Below, piece by piece: positions 1 through 7,832 of a DNA stretch of 38,568 bases (its first letter is position 1; each line of letters starts with the position of its first letter). The notes beneath the pieces were generated by a model that saw only the letters and a list, made by a program, of their open reading frames with translations, had not been told where the DNA came from and did no database searches. The stretch is taken from the NCBI GenBank assembly GCA_040219255.1, contig JAVJSW010000023.1:1-38568 (forward strand), given 5' to 3'. This DNA comes from Sumerlaeia bacterium (GTDB taxonomy: Bacteria; Sumerlaeota; Sumerlaeia; SLMS01; JAHLLQ01). The position numbers were made by a program, and so were the translations under genes.

Positions 1-873
1 ATTCCCGAGACGCTCCTCGAGTCCGAGATGTTCGGCCACGAGCGCGGCTCCTTCACCGGCGCCGTGGCTCAGAAAATCGGCCGCTTCGAAGCCGCCGACG
101 GGGGCACCATCTTCCTCGACGAAATCGGCGACATGCCCCTCTCGCTCCAGGCCAAGCTCCTGCGCGTCCTTCAGGAGAAGGAGATCGAGCGCGTCGGTTC
201 CACCAAGCCCATCAAGGTTGATATCCGTGTCGTCTGCGCCACCCACCGGGATCTGGCCCGCCTGGTCCAGGAAAACACCTTCCGCGAGGACCTTTACTAC
301 CGCATCAACGTCCTGCCGATTTTCCTGCCGCCGTTGAGGGAACGGCCCGAGGACATCCCGCTTCTCCTCGACTTTTTCATCGACCGCTACAACGAGCGCC
401 TCGGCCGCCACATCGAAGGCATCAGCCGGCCCGCCCTCAACGTGCTGCTCGAGTACCCCTGGCCCGGCAACGTTCGCGAACTCGAGAACATCGTGCAGCG
501 CATGATGCTCATGGCCGTCACCGACATGATCGACGTGTCCGATCTGCCGCCCAGCATACGCGGCGGGAAGGCGGGCACCCCCAGTACGACCGGCGCCCCT
601 CTGCCGCCCTCGCCCCTCTCCGCCGCAAGCCCCATCGTCCCGGGCCATCCGCTGGCGGGCTTCGATTTCGACCGCCTGCTCGACATCCACACGCGCGAAC
701 CCCTGGCGGACCGGCTGTCGGCGCTCGACGACTTCGTCGAGAAGATCCTGATCCGCCAGGCGCTGGAGAAAACCGGCGGCCACCGCCAGGAATCCGCCGA
801 TCTTCTGGGCATCAGCCGCAAGAGCCTGCACAACAAAATGGTCCGCCATGGCCTCTTCGACGGGGATGAGTAA
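1..873 (+). CDS. Sigma-54-dependent transcriptional activator (bEBP, NtrC/PilR-like), 5'-truncated by window edge
   Basis: Frame is open from base 1 ([21 protein letters not shown], a GAFTGA variant); Walker [38 protein letters not shown]; C-terminal Fis-type HTH ([16 protein letters not shown]). Confidence 0.95.
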   Translation: MPETLLESEMFGHERGSFTGAVAQKIGRFEAADGGTIFLDEIGDMPLSLQAKLLRVLQEKEIERVGSTKPIKVDIRVVCATHRDLARLVQENTFREDLYYRINVLPIFLPPLRERPEDIPLLLDFFIDRYNERLGRHIEGISRPALNVLLEYPWPGNVRELENIVQRMMLMAVTDMIDVSDLPPSIRGGKAGTPSTTGAPLPPSPLSAASPIVPGHPLAGFDFDRLLDIHTREPLADRLSALDDFVEKILIRQALEKTGGHRQESADLLGISRKSLHNKMVRHGLFDGDE

Positions 874-1056
874 CCCCAGGAACAGAGAGTTGAGAAACCG
901 GCTACACAGGGAAAGCGGCTTACACGGCGAAGGCCCCGGATTATTTCCCCAAGAGTTTCCAGAACCAGATCCCGGCGGGATAATTCGCGGTACAAATCAT
1001 TGTGAATAAAGAGTTTGAGATTATTCGCGGCTGGTAAACCGAAGCCCCCGTTTTCT

Positions 1057-1072
1057 TGGCACTTCCGTCGCA
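1057..1072 (+). promoter_or_regulatory. Sigma-54 (-24/-12) promoter upstream of pilin gene
   Basis: TGGCACTTCCGTCGCA: GG at 1058-1059 and GC at 1070-1071 separated by exactly 10 nt, close to TGGCAC-N5-TTGC; 63 nt upstream of the pilin ATG and directly downstream of a bEBP gene. Confidence 0.7.
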
Positions 1073-1134
1073 TATACTCATCCCGAAGCAACCGAGCACC
1101 AGATGCTCGCTACACACACAGGAGGATTTATTCC

Positions 1135-1536
1135 ATGCTTCGTCGTTCCAAAGGCTTCACCCTTGTTGAAATCATGATCGTGGTCGCCATCATCGGCATC
1201 TTGATCGCCATCGCCGTCCCCGGCTTCCTTCGCGCTCGTCAACAGAGCCGTCTCCGCGCCTGCCAGAATAACATGGTCAAGATCGACGCTGGCGTTCAGC
1301 AGTACGTTCTTGAGAACAACCAGCCCAACAACTCCGCCCTCGCTGGCGCTCTCGCCGCTGTCTCTGGCAGCCTCGTCGGCACTGACCTGTACATCCGCTT
1401 CGACCCCACCTGCCCCGGTGACGGCGTCTACAGCATCACCGACGATGCGGACGTCGACCAGGCCGGTGGCGTTGGCCCCGTCACCTGCGATTACGCTGGT
1501 GGCGGCCCCGACCACACCTACCCCTTCGGTGACTAA
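1135..1536 (+). CDS. Type IV pilin-like protein (prepilin N-terminal cleavage/methylation motif), probable major pilin
   Basis: AGGAGG RBS at 1120-1125, ATG 1135; MLRRSKG|FTLVEIMIVVAIIGILIAIAVP class III signal with Glu5 and hydrophobic helix; own promoter and terminator. Confidence 0.92.
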   Translation: MLRRSKGFTLVEIMIVVAIIGILIAIAVPGFLRARQQSRLRACQNNMVKIDAGVQQYVLENNQPNNSALAGALAAVSGSLVGTDLYIRFDPTCPGDGVYSITDDADVDQAGGVGPVTCDYAGGGPDHTYPFGD

Positions 1537-1585
1537 TCCGGAGAATGGCTGATCCCGGCAACGGGTTCGCAACCGAGCAAGCCCT

Positions 1586-1624
1586 GGCTGGGAACGCATT
1601 CAACGTGTTCCCAGCCTTTTTTTT
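1586..1624 (+). terminator. Rho-independent terminator after first pilin
   Basis: GGCTGGGAAC (1586-1595) pairs perfectly with GTTCCCAGCC (1607-1616), followed by T8 (1617-1624). Confidence 0.85.
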
Positions 1625-1671
1625 GACTTCTCAGTCAAAGCAAGGACGACACATTCAGGAGATTGGCGGTC

Positions 1672-2082
1672 ATGACCTCTGGTACTTATCCCACCACCCG
1701 TCTGGGCAGGCGCACCGATCGCTCGGGTTTCACTCTCTTGGAAATCATGATTGTCGTCTTTCTTCTTGGCATGCTCATCGCGCTTGCCATCCCGGGCTTC
1801 TTCCGGGCACGGGAACGCAGCCGGCAGCGGGCCTGCCAGGAAAACCTGAACAAAATCAACGGCGCCGTGCATCAGTACGTTCTCGAGTACAATTTCGCCG
1901 GAAACGAGGATTTGGCCCCCCTCTGGCCCGCCGAGTTCATCGGCCGCGACCGCTTCCTGAACCACTTGCCCCAATGCGCCGCCGGTGGAACTTACGTGCT
2001 TGGAAGCGCGGACGACGAATTCCCCGCCACCTGCACCCGTATTGGAGGGATATTTCCTCACACGCTTCCTGTCGAGGAATAG
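1672..2082 (+). CDS. Second type IV pilin-like protein (probable minor pilin), paralogue of 1135-1536
   Basis: AGGAG at 1657-1661, ATG 1672; RSG|FTLLEIMIVVFLLGMLIALAIPGF; shares RAR..SR.RACQ.N..KI...V.QYVLE.N with the first pilin. Confidence 0.92.
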   Translation: MTSGTYPTTRLGRRTDRSGFTLLEIMIVVFLLGMLIALAIPGFFRARERSRQRACQENLNKINGAVHQYVLEYNFAGNEDLAPLWPAEFIGRDRFLNHLPQCAAGGTYVLGSADDEFPATCTRIGGIFPHTLPVEE

Positions 2083-2088
2083 CCCGTC

Positions 2089-2421
2089 TTAGTGGCCCGC
2101 GTCCCCCGCTTCCACAATGACAGCCGTCCCATAAGCCATCAATTCGGCCACTCCATCTCCGATTTCGCTCGTGCAGAACTTGATGCCGACCACGGCGTTG
2201 GCGCCCATCAGGCGCGCGTCCTCGATCAGGCGGTCGAGGGCTTGCTCTCGCGTTTGGGCGAAGACGCGGGTGTATTCGTGCACTTCGCCACCCAGGGCGT
2301 TCTTCATGCGCGCCACGATGCCATCGCCGGCGTGGGCGCCGCGCACCGCGCAGCCCTTCACCAGCCCCACATAGGACAGCGTTTTGTAACCGGGAACGGT
2401 CTCGGTGGTTGCCAGAATCAT
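2089..2421 (-). CDS. YbjQ/UPF0145 family (putative heavy-metal-binding) protein
   Basis: MILATTETVPGY...GLVKG...GGEVHEYT...REQALDRL...GANAVVG...AYGTAV typical of UPF0145; ATG overlaps the upstream stop (ATGA). Confidence 0.9.
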   Translation of the reverse strand: MILATTETVPGYKTLSYVGLVKGCAVRGAHAGDGIVARMKNALGGEVHEYTRVFAQTREQALDRLIEDARLMGANAVVGIKFCTSEIGDGVAELMAYGTAVIVEAGDAGH

Positions 2422-2852
2422 CGTTTGACCCTCCGGTAGCGGTCCTTGGGCAATTCCAGCAGATGGCCCCTCAAGACCCCCAGGAAGAGGATGGCGAATC
2501 CCGCGACCATCAGGATCAAGCCGGAGCGGATCAGGGGGCTTTCCGCCAGCAGGAAAATCTTCACGAAGCAGAAGATCACCAGGAACAATCCGCCCAGGCA
2601 CATCAGCAGCCACCCGGTGCGCCGGCTGATGCGCTCGTCGATCTCCTCCCAATACTCGTCCCAGACCTCCGCGGGCGGGGCCTTAAACGCCAACTGGTCG
2701 GCGGCTTTCGCCACCGCGGCCAACTCCGCCGCTTCCTCGCGCCACTCCGGGTGATCTTCGAGCAGCCGCTCGAACTCGGCCGCTTCCGCTTCGGAAAGCT
2801 CGCCGTCGATCCAGGCCATCAGCCGTTCGGGTGTCGGTTCACTGCGTGCCAT
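2418..2852 (-). CDS. Membrane anti-sigma factor (zf-HC2-like N-terminus lacking the Cys ligands, two C-terminal TM helices)
   Basis: LMAWIDGELSEAEAAEFERLL resembles the anti-sigma N-domain; two hydrophobic segments; immediately downstream of ECF sigma. Confidence 0.8.
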   Translation of the reverse strand: MARSEPTPERLMAWIDGELSEAEAAEFERLLEDHPEWREEAAELAAVAKAADQLAFKAPPAEVWDEYWEEIDERISRRTGWLLMCLGGLFLVIFCFVKIFLLAESPLIRSGLILMVAGFAILFLGVLRGHLLELPKDRYRRVKR

Positions 2853-2899
2853 GGCTTACATTCCTCCCCATCCCCGGCGGTCCGTTTCGTTCCTCGGTG

Positions 2900-3484
2900 T
2901 CATGGCCGGTGGGCCTCCATCAATTGGGCGAGCGCTTTGCGCGCGTGAAAGAGCCGCGACATCACCGTGCCCATGGGGATGTCGAGCGCTTCGGCGATGT
3001 CTTTGTAGGCCATGCCGTCGATGTGCTTCATCAGGACGATTTCCCGGAATTCGGGTTTCAGTTCCTCGATGGCGCGCCTCAGATGCCCGATCATTTGCTC
3101 GCGCTGCAGCGAGTCGCGCACATCGCTGTCTTCGACAGCGAAGCGGTCTCCCGCGTCCTCCACGAGGGCGTCGAGCGAGATGGAGCGTTTGGGGCCATGG
3201 CGCTTCAAGCTGTCCATGCAGAGGTTGCGTAAAATCCGGTAGATCCATGGATAGAACGGGCGGTCCGTATCGAAACGATCAAGGGAGTTGAAAGCGCGGA
3301 CGAAGGCGTCCTGACTCATGTCGCGGGCGTCTTCGTGGTTCCTCATGATCCCGAGAGCGGCGCAGTAAAGGCGCTCGCGGTGGGCTTCCACGATCTGGCC
3401 GTAGGCCTTGCGGTTTCCCTGTTTCGCCCGCACGAGGCAGTCTTTCTCCTCATCGCGAGAAAGTATCCCGGTGCGGTTGTTCAT
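2900..3484 (-). CDS. ECF RNA polymerase sigma factor (sigma-70 family); alternative GTG start at 3565
   Basis: Region 2 (DARDMSQDAFVRAF...FYPWIYRILRNLCMD) and region 4 (REIVLMKHIDGMAYKDIAEALDIPMGTVMSRLFHARKAL). Confidence 0.95.
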   Translation of the reverse strand: MNNRTGILSRDEEKDCLVRAKQGNRKAYGQIVEAHRERLYCAALGIMRNHEDARDMSQDAFVRAFNSLDRFDTDRPFYPWIYRILRNLCMDSLKRHGPKRSISLDALVEDAGDRFAVEDSDVRDSLQREQMIGHLRRAIEELKPEFREIVLMKHIDGMAYKDIAEALDIPMGTVMSRLFHARKALAQLMEAHRP

Positions 3485-3584
3485 TGTGAGAGGTACGGAC
3501 CTCACGGGCTCCTTTCCGACGGAGTCATCGACAGTCTGCTGGGTTGAGGGACGGTCAGGTGACACGGTCTTCTTTCGGTTCCCC

Positions 3585-3609
3585 TACGACGGCCAGAGCC
3601 GGATATTCA
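3585..3609 (-). promoter_or_regulatory. Candidate ECF (autoregulatory) promoter TGAAT-N13-CGTCGTA
   Basis: Minus strand reads A8-GATGCGCCGCGTCG-TGAATATCCGGCTCTGGCCGTCGTA upstream of the ECF gene; resembles SigW-type TGAAAC-N16-CGTA; the same motif recurs at 7755-7779. Confidence 0.55.
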
Positions 3610-3786
3610 CGACGCGGCGCATCTTTTTTTTGCGCCGCGACCCATTTCCTGGGACGAAAGGCCCGAAGGGTGCAAGGGGCGTTCGCGCCGGACAACCCGG
3701 CCATCGATCCGTCTTGCCACAAGCCCAATATTCGGATAATTGTTTCATTGACGGATTGGGTTCCAATTGCTTTTCTCCTCCTCGCT

Positions 3787-5067
3787 ATGGCTCGTTCGGA
3801 TCGCAACAACCCTTTTCAACCCATAACCCTGCGGCGCGAAGACGATGCCGCGCCCGAGCCCGTGTCCCCGCAGAGGCCGGAACCGGAGCACTTCGAACGG
3901 GAGGAACGTCAGTTGGCGGCCAGCGGAGCCGTCAATCATTCGGCGTCCCATTCCACCCAGCGCCCGTTGCCTCCCAAGCCCAATCGTAAAGAATTCAATT
4001 CGAACTGGGCGAAGATACTTTGGGGCAATCCGGAGGAAGGCTCGAACCCCGCGGCGGCCCGGGCGCCGATGCCGCCAAAGACTCTTCCGCCCACGCCGCC
4101 CAAACCGCCGCAACGGCCCAAGGCCCCCGACAAGCGATCCGACTCGACCCCTTCGCCCTCGTTCCAGCCCATGCGAGCGAGCCATCGCCACGCTTGCAGC
4201 TTTCCCGGGCTCCTGCGGATCCTCATTCCCGAGGAGTGCTTCGAGCCCAAGGTCCTCGCTGTTCGCGTGCTCGACATCGGCTTGCAGGGCGCCCAGGTGG
4301 AAACCAAGCAACTCAAGGCCGGCCTGGCCGAGGCGATCGGCCGCCAGCCCCGCTATTTTCAGCTCGAGGCGCTCATTCCCGGCAAAGAGAAGGCCAAGAT
4401 CAACGGCCTGCTAGCTTGGCAGCGGATGGAAGACGGCGTGGCTCATTTCGGCCTCTACTTCAACGAGCCCCACCCGGAGTTGGCGACCGCGTTTCTTCCC
4501 GGCGAGGAAGACCGGGTGCTCAAGCCCTCCACTAAAATCCGCGCTCCGGAACTCGACTCCTTCCCCAGTATCACGTCGAACGACTCGCTGACGCTTTGCG
4601 GTCGGTGCCGCGACGGCGAGCGCGTGCTGCTGCAAATGGGCGAGGAAAGTTTCGAAGCCCCCGTGGAAAACGAGGGTTTTCAGATCAACCTGCCGCTGCA
4701 CCGCAACGCCGAGAACCATTTCCTCGTCATGGCGGTGCGCGAGGACGAGTGCTCGATTCCCACGCCCATCTGCATCATCCACCGCCCCGGCGTGCACGAC
4801 ACCATCAGCATCAAGGAATGCGACCTCGTCGAAGACCTGATGATCGATCAGGACGGCCACCGGTTGCGGGTCACCGTGCATGGCCGGGCGGGCGAAATGT
4901 TCTCTGTCCTGCGCGCTTTCGAGGACACTCTCGAGTTCGCCGAATCCTGTCATATCCTTTTCGAAATCACCGGCGACGCCCGCCGATCCGCCGAACGTCT
5001 CAAACAACGCCTCGACCGCGTCGGCGTGATCCAGAAAGCGGTCGGGGATTTGTTCGATCCGTTCTGA
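3787..5067 (+). CDS. Hypothetical protein: Pro-rich disordered N-terminus + PilZ-like domain + Ig-like beta-sandwich + C-terminal domain
   Basis: ATG 3787; RASHR...DIGLQG (RxxxR / DxSxxG with S>G); colinear similarity to 5240-6385 over ~280 aa. Confidence 0.7.
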   Translation: MARSDRNNPFQPITLRREDDAAPEPVSPQRPEPEHFEREERQLAASGAVNHSASHSTQRPLPPKPNRKEFNSNWAKILWGNPEEGSNPAAARAPMPPKTLPPTPPKPPQRPKAPDKRSDSTPSPSFQPMRASHRHACSFPGLLRILIPEECFEPKVLAVRVLDIGLQGAQVETKQLKAGLAEAIGRQPRYFQLEALIPGKEKAKINGLLAWQRMEDGVAHFGLYFNEPHPELATAFLPGEEDRVLKPSTKIRAPELDSFPSITSNDSLTLCGRCRDGERVLLQMGEESFEAPVENEGFQINLPLHRNAENHFLVMAVREDECSIPTPICIIHRPGVHDTISIKECDLVEDLMIDQDGHRLRVTVHGRAGEMFSVLRAFEDTLEFAESCHILFEITGDARRSAERLKQRLDRVGVIQKAVGDLFDPF

Positions 5068-5239
5068 CCGGGCCGCCGCCATCCACAGGCCGGCCATTCG
5101 GTCCCTTCTTCACCCGTGCGCCGCACCTATTAGCGTTGTCGAGCTTGGCGGCATTATTGCACCCTGTGCCCAAGGATGCTTCGGCACCGGCGGCACCGCC
5201 GGAAATCCATCGCCGCGCATCGCTCTGGACTGTCCGCGC

Positions 5240-6385
5240 ATGAGCTCTTCCACCCACGACGATCCGCTTCGGCCCCTGCCGCTTCGCGGCACCCCTCTGC
5301 CCGGCCGGCAGCGGACCGAATCGGGAGAGCGGGAGCGTCCCTCCAGCGAAGAGCTTCACCCGGCCAGCCCGCCGCCGGAAACCGGTCACTCCCACGGCGA
5401 CCGCCCCCATGGCGAGCGCCCGCTCCCTCCTCGCCCCACCGGCGGCGTTCCCCGCCATCCGGCGCCGGAGGCAAACCGCGACGTGCGCGACTCGGGCGCC
5501 GTGCCCGCGGAAGGCCGGCGTTCTGCCCGCCGGCCATGCAGCTTTCCCGGGCTGATGCGCATCCTGCTGCCCGAGCAGACCTTCGTGCCCCAGGTCTTCG
5601 CGGTGCGCGTGGTGGACCTCAGTCCCATCGGCGCGCGGCTTGAAACTCGGCAGATGACCCACGATCTTTACCTTCAGATCAACCTCGAGCCGCGCTTCGT
5701 CCGCCTCGAAATCCTGATCCCCAGCCGCGAAAAAATCACCGTCTCCGGCAAACTCGTCTGGCTCGACTACCAGGAACCGACCTCGACCATGGGCATCACC
5801 ATCGTGCCGCGCCGCGACGACCTGACGGACGCCGCCCTGCCCCAGTGGTCGCCCCGCAATTCCCTGGACTCGAAGTTCCTCACGCCGCCGCGGCTGGACG
5901 CCTACCCGACGGTGACCGGCAAATCCAAGTTCCGCTTCTCCGGCGACGCCCTCGACGCGGACCACGTGATCGTGGAAACGGCGACGGAAGAAATCCGCGT
6001 TCCCGTCGACGACGGCCAATTCCACGTGGACGTTCCCCTTGTGCCGAATCGGCCGAACGGGCTGCATTTCATCGCGTTGTCCGGCGAAGCCTCGAGCGAC
6101 CCGACGCCAGCCCTGATCGTCCACAAAATGGGACATCACGACACGCAAACCCTCAGGCAAGGCGGAGTCTTCAACGACATCATCGTCAGCGGCAACGGCG
6201 GCAGCCTGAAGGTAAAATTCGCGGGGCCGCCGAACGATTTCCTCCAGGCTCTCAAGCGCATGGAGGATATTCTCGGGTACGCCCAATCGATCACCTTCAC
6301 GGCGGAAATCCGGGGCGACGCCGAACGCGCCGCCAATACTTTGAAGCGCGGCGGGAAATATCCCTTCAAACCGGAGGTAGAGTAA
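5240..6385 (+). CDS. PilZ-domain protein with Ig-like and C-terminal domains; paralogue of 3787-5067
   Basis: RRSAR...DLSPIG canonical PilZ c-di-GMP motifs, then GKLVW...MGI PilZ strands; host-like codon usage. Confidence 0.78.
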   Translation: MSSSTHDDPLRPLPLRGTPLPGRQRTESGERERPSSEELHPASPPPETGHSHGDRPHGERPLPPRPTGGVPRHPAPEANRDVRDSGAVPAEGRRSARRPCSFPGLMRILLPEQTFVPQVFAVRVVDLSPIGARLETRQMTHDLYLQINLEPRFVRLEILIPSREKITVSGKLVWLDYQEPTSTMGITIVPRRDDLTDAALPQWSPRNSLDSKFLTPPRLDAYPTVTGKSKFRFSGDALDADHVIVETATEEIRVPVDDGQFHVDVPLVPNRPNGLHFIALSGEASSDPTPALIVHKMGHHDTQTLRQGGVFNDIIVSGNGGSLKVKFAGPPNDFLQALKRMEDILGYAQSITFTAEIRGDAERAANTLKRGGKYPFKPEVE

Positions 6386-6490
6386 AATCTTTGCTCGCCA
6401 CCGGCTCATTCCATCGCTAATCCAAAGGGGTAATGCGGCTCGCCCCGCCGGAGGCCACCCCCCCGATTTCCCGACCGGAGACCCCCTCGC

Positions 6491-7420
6491 ATGATCGAAA
6501 TTCGCGGTGTCACGAAAGTTTACAAGGACCTCGTCGCCGTCAACGACCTCAACATGACGATCGACAAGGGCGACATCTTCGGCTTCATCGGCCCCAACGG
6601 CGCCGGCAAGACGACCACCATCAAGATCCTGGCGACGCTCCTCAAACCCACCCAGGGCTATGCCCTCGTCTGCGGCTACAACGTCCTCACGCAGGCCGAC
6701 GACGTGAAGCGCGTCATGGGCTACATGCCTGACAGCTTTGGCGTTTACGACGACATGAAGGTCTGGGAGTACCTCGACTTTTTCGCCGCCGCCTACAAAA
6801 TCGAAAAGGCCCGCCGCAAGCAGATCATCGACGACGTCCTCGAACTCACCGACCTGACGCACAAGAAGACGGACTACGTCGAGGCGCTCTCGCGCGGTAT
6901 GAAGCAGCGCCTTTGCCTCGCCAAGACCCTGGTCCACGACCCGCAGGTGCTGCTGCTCGACGAACCGGCCTCGGGCCTCGACCCGCGCGCCCGCATCGAA
7001 CTGCGCGAACTCCTCAAAGAGCTGCGCAACATGGGCAAGACGATCCTCATCAGCAGCCACATCCTCACCGAGCTGGCCGATTTCTGCAACACCATCGGCA
7101 TCATCGAGCAGGGCAACCTGCTCTACGCCGGCGACGTCAAGACCGCCACGGATCAACTGACCGGCGCCCGAGTCATCCGCGTCCGCGTCAAAGCGGGCTT
7201 CGAGGAGCAGGCCGAGCAGGTGTTCCTCAACGCCGGCAAATGCACCGACGTCGAGCGCGACGGTCAAGACCTGCGCCTCCACTTCCCCCTGGACTTCGCG
7301 GACGAGGACTACGTGACCGATACCCTGGTGGAGAACGGCATCAAGTTCAGCAGCATCCAAGAAGAAGAGATCGACCTGGAAGACGTGTTCATGAAGATGA
7401 CGAAGGGGTTGGTTCAGTAG
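6491..7420 (+). CDS. ABC transporter ATP-binding protein (ABC-2/CcmA-like)
   Basis: Walker A GPNGAGKTT, signature LSRGMKQR, Walker B LLLDEP, SSH switch. Confidence 0.95.
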   Translation: MIEIRGVTKVYKDLVAVNDLNMTIDKGDIFGFIGPNGAGKTTTIKILATLLKPTQGYALVCGYNVLTQADDVKRVMGYMPDSFGVYDDMKVWEYLDFFAAAYKIEKARRKQIIDDVLELTDLTHKKTDYVEALSRGMKQRLCLAKTLVHDPQVLLLDEPASGLDPRARIELRELLKELRNMGKTILISSHILTELADFCNTIGIIEQGNLLYAGDVKTATDQLTGARVIRVRVKAGFEEQAEQVFLNAGKCTDVERDGQDLRLHFPLDFADEDYVTDTLVENGIKFSSIQEEEIDLEDVFMKMTKGLVQ

Positions 7421-7444
7421 GTTTTTCTTTGAAAGAAAAACCTA
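7418..7444. terminator. Perfect inverted repeat between convergent genes; candidate bidirectional terminator
   Basis: TAGGTTTTTCTTT-G-AAAGAAAAACCTA: 13-bp perfect arms with 1-nt spacer; arms include both stop codons. Confidence 0.55.
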
Positions 7445-7723
7445 TAAAGGAAACCCCCTCCGCGCGGCCACTTCGCGCTTCACCCGTTGGAACATGGCTT
7501 CGTAGGCGGGGCTGTCTTCCGGCGGCAGGTTGCGTTGCTTGGCCAGCAGCGACCGGGTTTCCACGTCGATGTCGTCTTCGCGCCTGGCGTCTTCGATCCA
7601 GGCCTGGGCGATCAGGCTGGCGAGGTTGCTGTCGCCGAGTTTGGTTTCGATGGCCTTGCGGGCGCGCAGTTCGCGGACCACGTCCTTGGCGATGCTGGTG
7701 AGGCGGCGTTCGGTCATTCTCAT
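7442..7723 (-). CDS. DUF507-like protein
   Basis: MRMTERRLTSIA...EDARREDDIDVETRSLL...PEDSPAYEAMFQRVKREVAARRGFPL matches the recalled DUF507 pattern; ATG at 7723. Confidence 0.75.
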   Translation of the reverse strand: MRMTERRLTSIAKDVVRELRARKAIETKLGDSNLASLIAQAWIEDARREDDIDVETRSLLAKQRNLPPEDSPAYEAMFQRVKREVAARRGFPL

Positions 7724-7754
7724 AAAAAAAGAGAGTCTCCCTGCAACCCGCCGT

Positions 7755-7779
7755 TGAATGCGGGGGGCGGTTCGTCGTA
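7755..7779 (+). promoter_or_regulatory. Candidate ECF promoter TGAAT-N13-CGTCGTA upstream of DUF4870 gene
   Basis: TGAATGCGGGGGGCGGTTCGTCGTA; same boxes and spacing as 3585-3609; 53 nt upstream of ATG 7833. Confidence 0.55.
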
Positions 7780-7832
7780 TAGAATGAAGACACAGCGGCG
7801 GCCCCCGAGCCGTCAAGAAAGGACTGAACGCC

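Noticed and set aside
2856-2903. 15-codon mini-ORF (MTPRNETDRRGWGGM) overlapping the ECF sigma stop and ending just before the anti-sigma ATG
   Set aside because: Too short to support; easily arises by chance, and the anti-sigma has its own GGAGG RBS.
5000-7360. 786-aa minus-strand ORF
   Set aside because: Antisense shadow of the PilZ and ABC genes caused by high-GC codon bias; no recognisable motifs.
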